From positions 1 through 40,967 of IMG/VR virus record IMGVR_UViG_3300048578_000437: a stretch of DNA of 40,967 nt. The stretch is one strand, 5' to 3'. Origin of the DNA: a virus (taxonomy: Duplodnaviria > Caudoviricetes). Made by a program: the position numbers and the translations under genes. Below, piece after piece: positions 1-8,513 of the stretch; within the stretch, counting starts at the first letter, position 1, and each line of letters opens with the position of its first letter. The notes under the pieces were generated by a model, which worked only from the letters and a program-made list of their open reading frames with translations, ran no database searches and was not told the origin of the DNA.

Positions 1-1236
1 TCAGCCCGCTTCACCTCCTTGGTGCTCGTTTGGTGTTCGAGCGGTGAGCGCCTGTGGTGACGACTGGGACTCCAGAGCGGCCCGGAGGTCGTCGGCGACC
101 AGGTGCCCGTAGGTGTCGACGGTGAGCTTGATGCTGGCGTGGCGGATGATCTTCGAGACGTGCGCCATGGGCACGCCGGCGCGGAGCAGGTTCGTCGCGC
201 ACGTGTGGCGCAGCCCGTGGAAGTTCACCGGCCAGTGCTTCGCGACCTTCACGCGGCGCAGGTGGCCATCGACAGGGCAGCGCGTGGGCTCTGGGCGCTT
301 CTCCGTGAGCTCCTCGTTCGGTCGCCCGGCGCGCTTGCAGGTGAGGCAGTAGGACTTCCAGAGCAGCGCGAGCCCGATGCGACCGCACGCGCGCTTCACG
401 ATGAGGTGAGGGTCGGCTTCCTTCGTCCGCTGCGTGCCGTCCGGCGCCGGGAAGAGGAAGAAGCCAGGCGTGCGGCGCGCTCGCTCGAGGTACGGGCGCA
501 CGATGCTGGGAACAGGCAGGGTGTCGCGTCGGCCCGTCTTCGTCGTGTCGCGCTGGTGGGAAGCGAAGACCTGCAGCTCCTGTCGCTCGCGGCTGTAGTC
601 GCTCTTCTTCAGCGCGTAGATCTCACCGCGGCGCAGGCCGAGGTACGCGGCGACCGCGCAGGTGCCGCGCCATGCTTCGGGGACCTGCTCGAGCAGGCGC
701 GCGACCTGCTCAGGGGTGAGGGTCGTCTTCTCCTTCTTCGGCACCGTGCGCGACCGGGTCTCCGTCACCGGGTTCTGCCCCGCCCACTTCTTCGGCGGGC
801 GACGAGCCGCGGCGAAGGCGGCGTGCAAGTACCCGCGGACCTTGTTCACGGTGGCCGGGGCGCTCCCGGCCTTCTCCATCGCCTCGAGGACCTTCGTCTC
901 GATGTTGTCGGCGGTGATGAGGGGCAGCGGGTACAGCGCGAGCTCGGTCTTCAGGACGTGCTTCCCGAGCTGGCGACCTGCCATCTCGCGCGAGGCCTCC
1001 GGACAGCGCTCGGCGAGCCACCACTCAAGGAGCTGCTGCAACGTGAGCTTGCTCTCGGCAGGGGCGGCCTCGAGCCCGAGCTTGACGCGCTGGGCCTGCC
1101 CCGCGAGTTCGGCGAGGAGGCCCTGTGCCTCACGACGGGTCTTGGCCGTCGTTGCCCGCCGCTGCAGCCGGCCGAGGCCGTCGCGCCAACGGACGTACCA
1201 GATGCCGCGGTCCTCTCGGAAGTAGACGCTCGCCAT
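1..1236 (-). CDS. int: Tyrosine recombinase / phage integrase
   Basis: N-terminal arm-binding beta strands (GIWYVRWRD), GLRRGEI (catalytic R), FHGLRHT (HxxR), IIRH...TVDTYGH (catalytic Y). Confidence 0.96.
   Translation of the reverse strand: MASVYFREDRGIWYVRWRDGLGRLQRRATTAKTRREAQGLLAELAGQAQRVKLGLEAAPAESKLTLQQLLEWWLAERCPEASREMAGRQLGKHVLKTELALYPLPLITADNIETKVLEAMEKAGSAPATVNKVRGYLHAAFAAARRPPKKWAGQNPVTETRSRTVPKKEKTTLTPEQVARLLEQVPEAWRGTCAVAAYLGLRRGEIYALKKSDYSRERQELQVFASHQRDTTKTGRRDTLPVPSIVRPYLERARRTPGFFLFPAPDGTQRTKEADPHLIVKRACGRIGLALLWKSYCLTCKRAGRPNEELTEKRPEPTRCPVDGHLRRVKVAKHWPVNFHGLRHTCATNLLRAGVPMAHVSKIIRHASIKLTVDTYGHLVADDLRAALESQSSPQALTARTPNEHQGGEAG
19..39. repeat. Putative integrase arm-type sites, tandem TTGGTG(C/T)TCG
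   Basis: ttggtgctcgt-ttggtgttcg here and ttggtgttcgt-ttggtgcgcg at 38778-38798, i.e. near both prophage ends. Confidence 0.65.
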
Positions 1237-1239
1237 CGC

Positions 1240-1452
1240 TCAGGGCTCCTGGCTCTTGAGCATCGTGGGCGCCGGCAGTTGCTTCTTCGACGCCACCCAG
1301 CGCTCGAGGTCGCCGCGTTCGAAGCGCAGGTCCCGGCCCACGCGGCACACCGGAAGCTCGCCGCGCTCCACCGCGGCGTAGACCCAGCTCTTCGACTTCT
1401 GGAGGTACTTCGCCACCTCCAAGGGCGTCATCAGGGCTTCGCTCGAACTCAT
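1240..1452 (-). CDS. xis: Excisionase (MerR/HTH_17-like DNA-binding protein)
   Basis: LMTPLEVAKYLQKSKSWVY...ELPVCRVGRDLRF, directly upstream of int. Confidence 0.9.
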   Translation of the reverse strand: MSSSEALMTPLEVAKYLQKSKSWVYAAVERGELPVCRVGRDLRFERGDLERWVASKKQLPAPTMLKSQEP

Positions 1453-1685
1453 TTCGGCGTCCCTCCGCCAGCGCGCGCCTCGTCACCCTGAGAACCTCCG
1501 CGGGCGACGCCCGCGACGGAAAGAACCAGGTCAGCCTCACCTTCGCCTCGTGCAGATCGGCGTCCCTCATGGACCACCGCCAGCGGCCTGCCGGCCGCGT
1601 TCGACGGTGTACCAATCGGGACCGACACTGAACAATAGTTCAGGATAAGCGGGCGGAACTTCAGCGTCACGGCGGGCGCGTGCAT
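1449..1685 (-). CDS. Hypothetical protein (doubtful; overlaps an SOS-type operator)
   Basis: AAGGA SD and ATGA overlap with xis, but no recognisable domain. Confidence 0.35.
   Translation of the reverse strand: MHAPAVTLKFRPLILNYCSVSVPIGTPSNAAGRPLAVVHEGRRSARGEGEADLVLSVAGVARGGSQGDEARAGGGTPK
1628..1643. promoter_or_regulatory. LexA/SOS-type operator CTGAAC-AATA-GTTCAG upstream of xis-int
   Basis: Perfect 6-bp inverted arms; close to the published Myxococcus xanthus LexA consensus CTRHAMRYBYGTTCAGS. Confidence 0.7.
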
Positions 1686-1718
1686 TCGTTGGGGTCCTTT
1701 CGTGGGTGAGCGGAAGGC

Positions 1719-2015
1719 CTACTGCTGCCGCAGCAGGTCTTCGCGCAGCTTCGCGAGATTCCGCGCGGCGAGTTGCTTCACGTACTCGCGGCGCTCAGCG
1801 GCACTCTGAGGGATCGCGCCGTTCTCCTTGAGCCAGGCGGCGGCGTACTGCTCGAGCGCCTCGCTCACGATGTCCGAGAAGCTCTTCTTCGACTCGCCCT
1901 CCATCACGAGGAACGCGTCGTTCTCCAGCTCCTGGATCTCCTCGAGGACGTCGACGACATGCACAGGAACCTGCACGCCGTTCAGCCGCTTCCGGGGAGC
2001 GCTCGCCTTCGCCAT
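1719..2015 (-). CDS. Ribbon-helix-helix-like regulator (candidate immunity repressor)
   Basis: ATG at 2015; beta strand (GVQVP), helix, then SFSDIVSEALEQY; divergent from the early operon. Confidence 0.55.
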   Translation of the reverse strand: MAKASAPRKRLNGVQVPVHVVDVLEEIQELENDAFLVMEGESKKSFSDIVSEALEQYAAAWLKENGAIPQSAAERREYVKQLAARNLAKLREDLLRQQ

Positions 2016-2049
2016 GGAAGGCCCCCGAGTAGTCGAGGACCCCTCTGTG

Positions 2050-2135
2050 TTCAATGACATGTCCATAGTGTGCACCACGAGTGATACCATAAACAACCCT
2101 TGAAATGGAACAAATATGTTGCTAGTTCTGGTTTC
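2050..2135. promoter_or_regulatory. AT-rich divergent control region; possible sigma70-like rightward promoter TTGAAA(2100)-17-TAGTTC with extended TG
   Basis: Marked local AT richness between divergent genes; short palindrome GACATGTC. Confidence 0.45.
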
Positions 2136-2302
2136 GCTTGTGGTTCGGCGCGGGCGGGTGAGCGGGGCAGGGCGAGTCAGCGACAGCTGAAGTTCCGGGA
2201 GCAGGCGAGAGCAGACGAGGCAAGCAGCGGGGAGTGATTCGACGGAGCGAAGTGAAGAGACGACGGGCGCATCGAGCGATGCGGCCGTGACGGGAGAACT
2301 GC

Positions 2303-2503
2303 ATGCGAAACAGGAGACCGGAGCCCCGAAAGGGGCCCATCACGCTCGCCGAACTCGTGCTCGACCTCGAGGAGCGCACGAAGAGCGGCGACGCTGACGG
2401 TGCCTTCGAGGTGCCTGCGGAGGAATGGGCCAACCTCATCCAGCGCGCTCGGTACGAGCTCGCCGCAGGCGATGGTCGTCTGGCGAAGCCGAGGGCGGCG
2501 TGA
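2303..2503 (+). CDS. Hypothetical phage protein
   Basis: GGGAG SD; TGATG coupling to the next ORF. Confidence 0.6.
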   Translation: MRNRRPEPRKGPITLAELVLDLEERTKSGDADGAFEVPAEEWANLIQRARYELAAGDGRLAKPRAA

Positions 2504-2643
2504 TGCGCCTCGTCGCGCTCGTGTGCGCGCTCCTCGGCCATGCGCTCCCGCGTGGCCTGAGGCGCGAGCTCTCGATCTTCTACAACTGCGCCCGCTGCGG
2601 GGAACTGGTGCGTGGCGGCTTCAGGGCGGGGCGACGAGCATGA
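2503..2643 (+). CDS. Small Cys/His prophage protein (DUF1660-like CxxxGH...CxRCG)
   Basis: MRLVALVCALLGH...YNCARCG; coupled to the upstream stop. Confidence 0.6.
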   Translation: MRLVALVCALLGHALPRGLRRELSIFYNCARCGELVRGGFRAGRRA

Positions 2644-2660
2644 ACCGGCTCCTCTCGACC

Positions 2661-3350
2661 TCAGAGGTCTTGGGCTTGCGCGTCCTGCAGCTTCTGAAGG
2701 GCGTCGGCCGCTTCCAGGGCGAAGACCTTCGATGTGTAGAGGATCTGTCCGACGTGGAGCGGCGTCACCTTCGCCCTCACGGTCGTCTCGGATGTGGACC
2801 AACGCAGCCAGCCCGTCTCGGTCTCCTCAGGTGCGTCGCCGTACTTCGAGCGCAGCATCTTCGAGAGCAGGTCAGCGTCGCCGACGTCGTCGATCACGAT
2901 CGACAGGAACACGAGACGGTCGTTCGCGAAGAAGCACCCGACGCGCGCCGGTCGGTCTGCCACCGTCGTGAGCCAGGCGAGTCCCTCCATGACCGCCTTG
3001 TTCGGAGCGACGGTCTTTCCTTTCGATGCCTTCAGCACTTCAGCGCGGGACATGCCCCAGCGCAGCGACTGCCATCCCTCGCGACCGCGGTAGCTCGGGC
3101 GCACCGCGCGGATGCTGGAGGAGATCTTCCCCTTCGGGTCAGAGATGAACGTCAGCTCCTTGGTCTCGTAGGGCTCGCTGAACGAGCGGCCGGCCTCGTG
3201 CCATCCGTCCTCGTGTCGCTCCACGAGGAACACGTCGCCGTCCTTCTCGGCCGTGACCCAGTACCGAACCGGTTCACCGTCGACCACCTCCGCCGGCTCT
3301 CCGCTTGCGACGAGAGCCCCCAGTCCCACAGCCAACACCAGCACGCGCAT
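2661..3350 (-). CDS. Exported protein (moron) with signal peptide
   Basis: MRVLVLAVGLGALVASG hydrophobic N-terminus; LRWGMSRAEV...KYG motif; antisense to the surrounding operon. Confidence 0.7.
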   Translation of the reverse strand: MRVLVLAVGLGALVASGEPAEVVDGEPVRYWVTAEKDGDVFLVERHEDGWHEAGRSFSEPYETKELTFISDPKGKISSSIRAVRPSYRGREGWQSLRWGMSRAEVLKASKGKTVAPNKAVMEGLAWLTTVADRPARVGCFFANDRLVFLSIVIDDVGDADLLSKMLRSKYGDAPEETETGWLRWSTSETTVRAKVTPLHVGQILYTSKVFALEAADALQKLQDAQAQDL

Positions 3351-3402
3351 GCGCCGAAGTTCCCGCGCGCGCTCTCGACCGTCAATCACCAGGAGCAGCC
3401 TC

Positions 3403-3687
3403 ATGACCCAGCGACCGCACAGCAGCACCTTCACCCGGCCGGCGAAGCGCCGCGGAGTGCTGACCCGCATCAGCGCGCAGGCCTCGAAGCACAAGCTCTC
3501 GGTCGGCCCGTTCCGCGGGCACGCGGTTGGCGCGCTCGAGTCGGCCGTACTCGAGGACAGCGTCGACGTGATCAAGGGGCTGCTCGAGACGGTGCTCACG
3601 TCGAGCGCGGACCGCAAGGCGCTCGAGGCGGATCTGCGGGCCGTCAACGAAGAGCGCGAGCGTCGGTGGCTCGCCTTCAGCAGCTGA
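3403..3687 (+). CDS. Hypothetical phage protein
   Basis: AGGAG SD before ATG 3403; helical C-terminus. Confidence 0.65.
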   Translation: MTQRPHSSTFTRPAKRRGVLTRISAQASKHKLSVGPFRGHAVGALESAVLEDSVDVIKGLLETVLTSSADRKALEADLRAVNEERERRWLAFSS

Positions 3688-3812
3688 ACGACTTCACGAG
3701 CACGCGCTCCCCCCGAAGCACCACGGGCGCAGCTCCCCGGACGCCATCAGGTTCCCCCGCCAGATGGCAGCGCCGGGTCTTTCACGCAGCACCAGGGGCG
3801 AAGGAGGAGTGG

Positions 3813-4013
3813 ATGAAGCGAGGTCACTTCAGCGCATCGGAGAAGGCGAACCTGCTCGAGCGGTTGCGAAAGGTGAGGGCGTCGGACCCCGAACTCTCGC
3901 CCCGCGTGCTCGCGCAACGCTTCGGTCTGTCGCACGTCACCGTCCGCAAGCTCCTGCGAGAGATCGGCCTCTACGAGCCGCGAAGTACCGCGGCTGAGAG
4001 GCGCACCACGTGA
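3813..4013 (+). CDS. Small HTH DNA-binding protein
   Basis: AAGGAGGAG SD; SPRVLAQRFGLSHVTVRKLL helix-turn-helix. Confidence 0.8.
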   Translation: MKRGHFSASEKANLLERLRKVRASDPELSPRVLAQRFGLSHVTVRKLLREIGLYEPRSTAAERRTT

Positions 4014-4381
4014 CCCCCTTCGAGAAGCGACTCGCGAAGTTCCCGGTGCAAGGCTTCACCGAGGACCCCATCGACCCGGCGAATCCGCCGGCGGCCATCC
4101 ATGCGGGCGGACCTGGTGCCGTGCCGCACGTCGTCCGCATGGGCGACCTGCCGGTCGGCATCACGCACAAGTCGGTGGCCCGCATGCTCATCGCAGGCGA
4201 CGAGGCGCACCGCCTCCTCTGCTGCGTTCTCGACGCGCTCGAGGACGCTGTGCGCGCTCAGGGCGACTCCGAGGTGACGGCTCGGCTCGTCGAGCTGCTC
4301 AGCGCCATCCCCACCCTGCAGCACCACGTCGCGCGGACCATGCGCGCGCTCGAAATCCCCGAGAAGGAGACCACGCATTGA
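4010..4381 (+). CDS. Hypothetical phage protein
   Basis: GTGA overlap with the previous gene; phage-like codon pattern. Confidence 0.7.
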   Translation: MTPFEKRLAKFPVQGFTEDPIDPANPPAAIHAGGPGAVPHVVRMGDLPVGITHKSVARMLIAGDEAHRLLCCVLDALEDAVRAQGDSEVTARLVELLSAIPTLQHHVARTMRALEIPEKETTH

Positions 4382-4812
4382 ACGCCCCGAACCGCTTCAA
4401 CCTGCCCCAGCCGGCGCCCACCGCGGGTGACGGCGCCGAGGTCTGGCCGGCCATCACCGAGGCGCCGGGCCTCGTGCTCCCCGACTGGCTGCGCGAGGAC
4501 ATGCGCGAACGCGACCGCGTCGGCCGCGAGCGCTACGGCACGCCGCTCCGCGTGTGGAACGGGCGCGACGCGGTCGTCGACGCGTACCAGGAGGCGCTCG
4601 ACCTCGTCGTCTACACGAAGCAGGCGCGCATGCGGCTGGGCCCGCCGGGCTTTCTCATCTCGCCGCTCTATCGCTCCGCGGCCTTCAGCCTCGACGCCGC
4701 TGTGCACCACGCGCTGCAGGTCGCCATCACGCTCGGTGAACTCGCGCGAGGCGCGCGCGGGGCTCCCGTGCCCACGACTCATGGTGAACTCGAGCACCGG
4801 AGGTCGTCATGA
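4378..4812 (+). CDS. Conserved phage protein, possible all-alpha NTP pyrophosphohydrolase (MazG-like)
   Basis: RDRVGRERYGTPL...DAYQEALDLVVY motif; AAGGAG SD. Confidence 0.65.
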   Translation: MNAPNRFNLPQPAPTAGDGAEVWPAITEAPGLVLPDWLREDMRERDRVGRERYGTPLRVWNGRDAVVDAYQEALDLVVYTKQARMRLGPPGFLISPLYRSAAFSLDAAVHHALQVAITLGELARGARGAPVPTTHGELEHRRSS

Positions 4813-5375
4813 AGTACGCCGCCGACACCTCCGTCTCCGTGTCCAAGTCGCGCGCGGAAATCGAAGACCTCGTCACGCGCGCCGGCGCCGTGCGCTTCTT
4901 CGCCGGCAACGAGGAGAACCGCGCCTTCGTCGGCTTCACGATGAAGTGCAACTTCAAGCCGTGCCCCGACTGCACGGGGCCGAAGCCGCTCCGCTTCACC
5001 CGCGAGTGCGGCGTCTGCGAGCGGAGCGGGAAGGTGCACGACAAGCGGAACGTGATGTTCGAGCTTCCGCTTCCGAAGCTCGAGGCCTTCCGTCTCGACG
5101 GGCGCCACAGGATGCGCCCCGCGGAGAAGCAGCACGAGGCGTGGGAGCAGGGCTGCCGAGCGTCCTGGCGCGCGCTCTTCCTCGCCATCAAGGCGAAGCT
5201 CGTCTCCGTCGAGTCCGGCGTGGAGAGCTTCGAAGAGGCGTTCCTCGCGCAGCTCGTCGTACCCACGGGTGACGGGCGCACCGAGCGCTTCAGCAAGCAG
5301 GCGGTGAAGGCAATCGCCGAGGCGTACCACGTGAACGGGCCCCCGGTGCTCATGCTCGGGAGCGGCCATGGGTGA
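4809..5375 (+). CDS. Conserved phage protein with inserted CxxC...CxxC zinc finger
   Basis: YAADTSVSVSKSRAEIE...WRALFLAIKAKL...FEEAFLA family motif; CPDC and CGVC insert. Confidence 0.8.
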   Translation: MKYAADTSVSVSKSRAEIEDLVTRAGAVRFFAGNEENRAFVGFTMKCNFKPCPDCTGPKPLRFTRECGVCERSGKVHDKRNVMFELPLPKLEAFRLDGRHRMRPAEKQHEAWEQGCRASWRALFLAIKAKLVSVESGVESFEEAFLAQLVVPTGDGRTERFSKQAVKAIAEAYHVNGPPVLMLGSGHG

Positions 5376-6315
5376 GAACAGCGGCATTCAGTGGACGACA
5401 CACACCTTCAACCCGTGGGTCGGCTGCCAGCGCGTGAGCCCGGGCTGCACGAACTGCTACGCCGAGAGCTACGACAAGCGCGTCGGCGGCGGCGTCGACC
5501 CGAAGGACGGCAAGAAGAAGCTGCGGTGGGGGCCGACTGCGCCGCGCGTGCGGACGGCGGTCTCGAATTGGCGGAAGCCGCTCGCGTGGGACAAGGCCGC
5601 GCGGGAGGCCGGGCGGCGCGATCGCGTCTTCTGCAGCAGCCTCGCCGACGTCTTCGAGGACCGGCCGGAGCTCGTCGACTGGCGCGAAGACCTCTTCGGC
5701 CTCATCGCGAGCACGCCGAGCCTCGACTGGCTGCTGCTCACGAAGCGGCCCGAGAACATCGCGCGGCTCTGGCCGAAGGCGATGGCCGAGCCGGGCGGCA
5801 AGGGGTGGCTCGCGTGCCCCGCGCCAGGCGCCTACTCGTGGCCGAACGTCTGGCTGGGCACCACCGTCGAGGACCAGCAGCGCGCTAACGAGCGCATTCC
5901 CGAGCTCGTGAAGGTGCCGGCGGTGGTGCACTTCCTCTCGTGCGAGCCGCTCCTCGATGCGGTGAGCCTCGCTCCCTTTCTCTCGTGGGAGACGTTCATG
6001 CAGCACGTCCACAAGCATGGGCCCAGCGGCCAGTGGTCGATCGACAGCGCCCGAAAGCCCATCGACTGGATCATCATCGGTGGCGAGTCGGGACCGGGGG
6101 CGCGCGCGTTCTCCATCGACTGGGCGCGCTTGCTCGTGAAGCAGGCGGGTGACGCCGGCGCAGCGCCGTTCGTGAAGCAGCTTGGCCGTGTGCCGTTCTC
6201 AACCTTCGCGTCTGGCTGCGACGAGTTCTTCGACCTGCGCGATCCGGCCGGCGGTGACATGGCGGAGTGGCCGCTCGACCTGCGAGTGCGCGAGTTCCCC
6301 CAGGTGAAGCCGTGA
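5368..6315 (+). CDS. Phage Gp37/Gp68 (DUF5131) family radical-SAM-like protein
   Basis: SGIQWTTHTFNPWVGCQRVSPGCTNCYAE, LLTKRP, FLSCEPLL, WIIIGGESG, FVKQLG. Confidence 0.93.
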   Translation: MGENSGIQWTTHTFNPWVGCQRVSPGCTNCYAESYDKRVGGGVDPKDGKKKLRWGPTAPRVRTAVSNWRKPLAWDKAAREAGRRDRVFCSSLADVFEDRPELVDWREDLFGLIASTPSLDWLLLTKRPENIARLWPKAMAEPGGKGWLACPAPGAYSWPNVWLGTTVEDQQRANERIPELVKVPAVVHFLSCEPLLDAVSLAPFLSWETFMQHVHKHGPSGQWSIDSARKPIDWIIIGGESGPGARAFSIDWARLLVKQAGDAGAAPFVKQLGRVPFSTFASGCDEFFDLRDPAGGDMAEWPLDLRVREFPQVKP

Positions 6316-6998
6316 GAAGCCTCCGTCGGCTCGTGAAAGAGCGTCCCATCCTCTTCTCGGCGCCGATGGTCCGCGCGCTCCTCGAGGGGCGTAAGACGCA
6401 GACTAGGCGCGTGGTGAAGCCGGGAACTCAGCTCGACAGCGACGGCCACTGCTTCTTCTGCGGACTGATGCCTGAGGTCGACGAACAGCACATCTGTCCG
6501 CCCGGGTTCCTGCCAAGTCGCTGCCCCTACGGCGCGACCGGCGACCGGCTCTGGGTGCGCGAGACGTGGGGTCTCCACGGCTACGGCGACTTCACCTGCT
6601 GGATGCGCGACTCGGTGAAGGGACGCAGCGAGGCCGAGCTGCGGTCTTCGTGGGAACTCGCGTACGCGGCCGACGCCGAGTCGGTCTACGACCACTGGCG
6701 CCCTTCCATCCACATGCCGCGTTGGGCCTCGCGCATCACGCTCGAGGTGACGGGCGTTCGCGTCGAGCGCCTGCAGGAGATCACCGAGGCCGCCGCGCGG
6801 GCGGAAGGCATCGAGCCCACCGCGCGGCACGACCTCTACGGCTGGCGCAACTACGGCGACACCGAGACCGCCGGCGACTCGTGCGAGTACTTCACGGACC
6901 CGCGCGAGTCGTTCCGCTCGCTGTGGGAGAGCATCAACGGCGCCGAGTCGTGGAAGGCGAACCCCTTCTGCTGGGTCGTGGAGTTCCGCCGTGTGTGA
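6312..6998 (+). CDS. ASCH/PUA-like phage protein
   Basis: KERPILFSAPMVRALLEGRKTQTRR...GDRLWVRETW...WRPSIHMPRWASRITLEV; GTGA overlap. Confidence 0.88.
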   Translation: MRSLRRLVKERPILFSAPMVRALLEGRKTQTRRVVKPGTQLDSDGHCFFCGLMPEVDEQHICPPGFLPSRCPYGATGDRLWVRETWGLHGYGDFTCWMRDSVKGRSEAELRSSWELAYAADAESVYDHWRPSIHMPRWASRITLEVTGVRVERLQEITEAAARAEGIEPTARHDLYGWRNYGDTETAGDSCEYFTDPRESFRSLWESINGAESWKANPFCWVVEFRRV

Positions 6999-7335
6999 CC
7001 TCTCCTACGAAGAGACGTCGACGGTCTACGAGGTGACGCGCATCAAGAAGGCGCGGAAGCCACACCAGTGCGCGACCTGCCGCCGCACCATCCAGCCTGG
7101 CGAGAGCTACGAGCGGCACGCCTCGCTCTACGACGGGCACTGGAGCGACGCGAACGCCTGCTCCGAGTGCGCGGCCGACATCGCCGAGTTCGGCAAGGCG
7201 CACCGCTTCACGCCATTCCCCGATGGCGCCGAGCACTTCATCGAGGGCTGCATCGACGGCGACGACGAGGCCGACAAGCGCTGGAAGGCGATGCTCGAGC
7301 GCATCAGGGCCCGTCGGCTTTCGGGGGCTCGCTGA
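6991..7335 (+). CDS. Zn-finger phage protein
   Basis: KARKPHQCATC...IQPGESY...CSEC. Confidence 0.8.
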   Translation: MCDLSYEETSTVYEVTRIKKARKPHQCATCRRTIQPGESYERHASLYDGHWSDANACSECAADIAEFGKAHRFTPFPDGAEHFIEGCIDGDDEADKRWKAMLERIRARRLSGAR

Positions 7336-8035
7336 TTGCTTCGGTCGAGGGGGGGGAAAGGAACGTCAGCATGAGCTGGGCGTCCTCTTCCGAGAGCATC
7401 TCCTTCGCCTTCAGCTCCTCGATGCACGCCGCCAAGCCAGCGGCGTGGTCATCGTTTCCGTGGAGGTGCCTCTTCCAGACCGAGAGCTCGGCTTCGCTGG
7501 TGAACGGGTATTTCGTTTCGCTCAGTTCGCGCGCTCTGCCGATGATGAACTCAGCGAGGTCAGCGCTCATGCGCGATTCCGGTACCGTCCAGTCTCCGGC
7601 ACCCGTGCAATCGACGTAGAAGCCTCCTTGCTTAAGGTCGTCCAGTCTCGGCGGGACCGGGTTGTCGAAGTTGAAGATCCTCTCGAAGTCCGGGAGTTGA
7701 AGACGCCCTTGCGCGATGGCGGTCCTTGCTACGTCGGTCATCTCTGCGAAGACGACCTTCGCCGTGTGGCTTCGGAAGCGTTGCCAGTGCGCCTTCAGCG
7801 TCTCCGGCGTGGATGCAACCAGGATGTCCATGATGACCGCCGCCTTCCCTGCTTCCTCGAGGGCAAGGATGCCCAGAGACCCAGCGCGGGCGTGGTGCCC
7901 GGCCTTGAGCAACAGGTCACCCTCAGCGACCAACTGCCGCGCGTTCTTCATCGACGCGGCGATTCCCGACGCCGCTTGAGCCGGGGTGAGCTCACCGCAG
8001 TACCGCTCCGTTCTCGCCTTCTTCTTCTCTCTCAC
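7304..8035 (-). CDS. AbiV-family (HEPN-like) abortive infection protein
   Basis: NARQL..E..LL, ILALEEAGK, SHTAK and LKQGGFYVD motifs; antisense moron. Confidence 0.82.
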   Translation of the reverse strand: MREKKKARTERYCGELTPAQAASGIAASMKNARQLVAEGDLLLKAGHHARAGSLGILALEEAGKAAVIMDILVASTPETLKAHWQRFRSHTAKVVFAEMTDVARTAIAQGRLQLPDFERIFNFDNPVPPRLDDLKQGGFYVDCTGAGDWTVPESRMSADLAEFIIGRARELSETKYPFTSEAELSVWKRHLHGNDDHAAGLAACIEELKAKEMLSEEDAQLMLTFLSPPSTEAISEPPKADGP

Positions 8036-8193
8036 GCGATGATCACGCTACCGCTCCCGATTGCTGACGGCGTGCGCCTCTTGTTGGTCGAGAAGGAATG
8101 TGGAGCGTCCGCGCCGCATCCGCTTGCGAGGACCCGCGCAAGTGCTGGCACCTGCGCCGCTGACGGGCACGCATCCTGCTGAGCCGCCCGCTC

Positions 8194-8388
8194 ATGAACC
8201 TGACGGCGGTGGCGAAGCGGTTGAGGAAGGCTGAGCGGGAGTACTCGGCGGCGCTTGCTGAACACGACGGCTCGACGGCGGGCGTGGTGCGGTATCAGGC
8301 GGCGCGTGACGAGCTGTCCATCGCGTGGCGGCTCGGGGAGGCCGTGCTCAAGGAGATGGCGAAGGCTGGTGCTTCAGATGGGACGTGA
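8194..8388 (+). CDS. Small hypothetical protein
   Basis: Helical 64-aa ORF in the early-operon orientation. Confidence 0.5.
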   Translation: MNLTAVAKRLRKAEREYSAALAEHDGSTAGVVRYQAARDELSIAWRLGEAVLKEMAKAGASDGT

Positions 8389-8513
8389 ACTCGTCGCTCT
8401 CGAGCAACGAGCCGAACTCGGTAGCGGGGAAGAAGCACCTCGTCGGTAACGCGCGTTGCCGGAGGGGCGCGCATGCCCGCGCTGTCCGCCGCCACTCGCC
8501 AAGTTGTTGCCGA

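Noticed and set aside
7349-7356. G8 run as a phase-variation switch in the AbiV-like gene
   Set aside because: It lies in the last ~17 codons, so slippage would not remove the conserved domain
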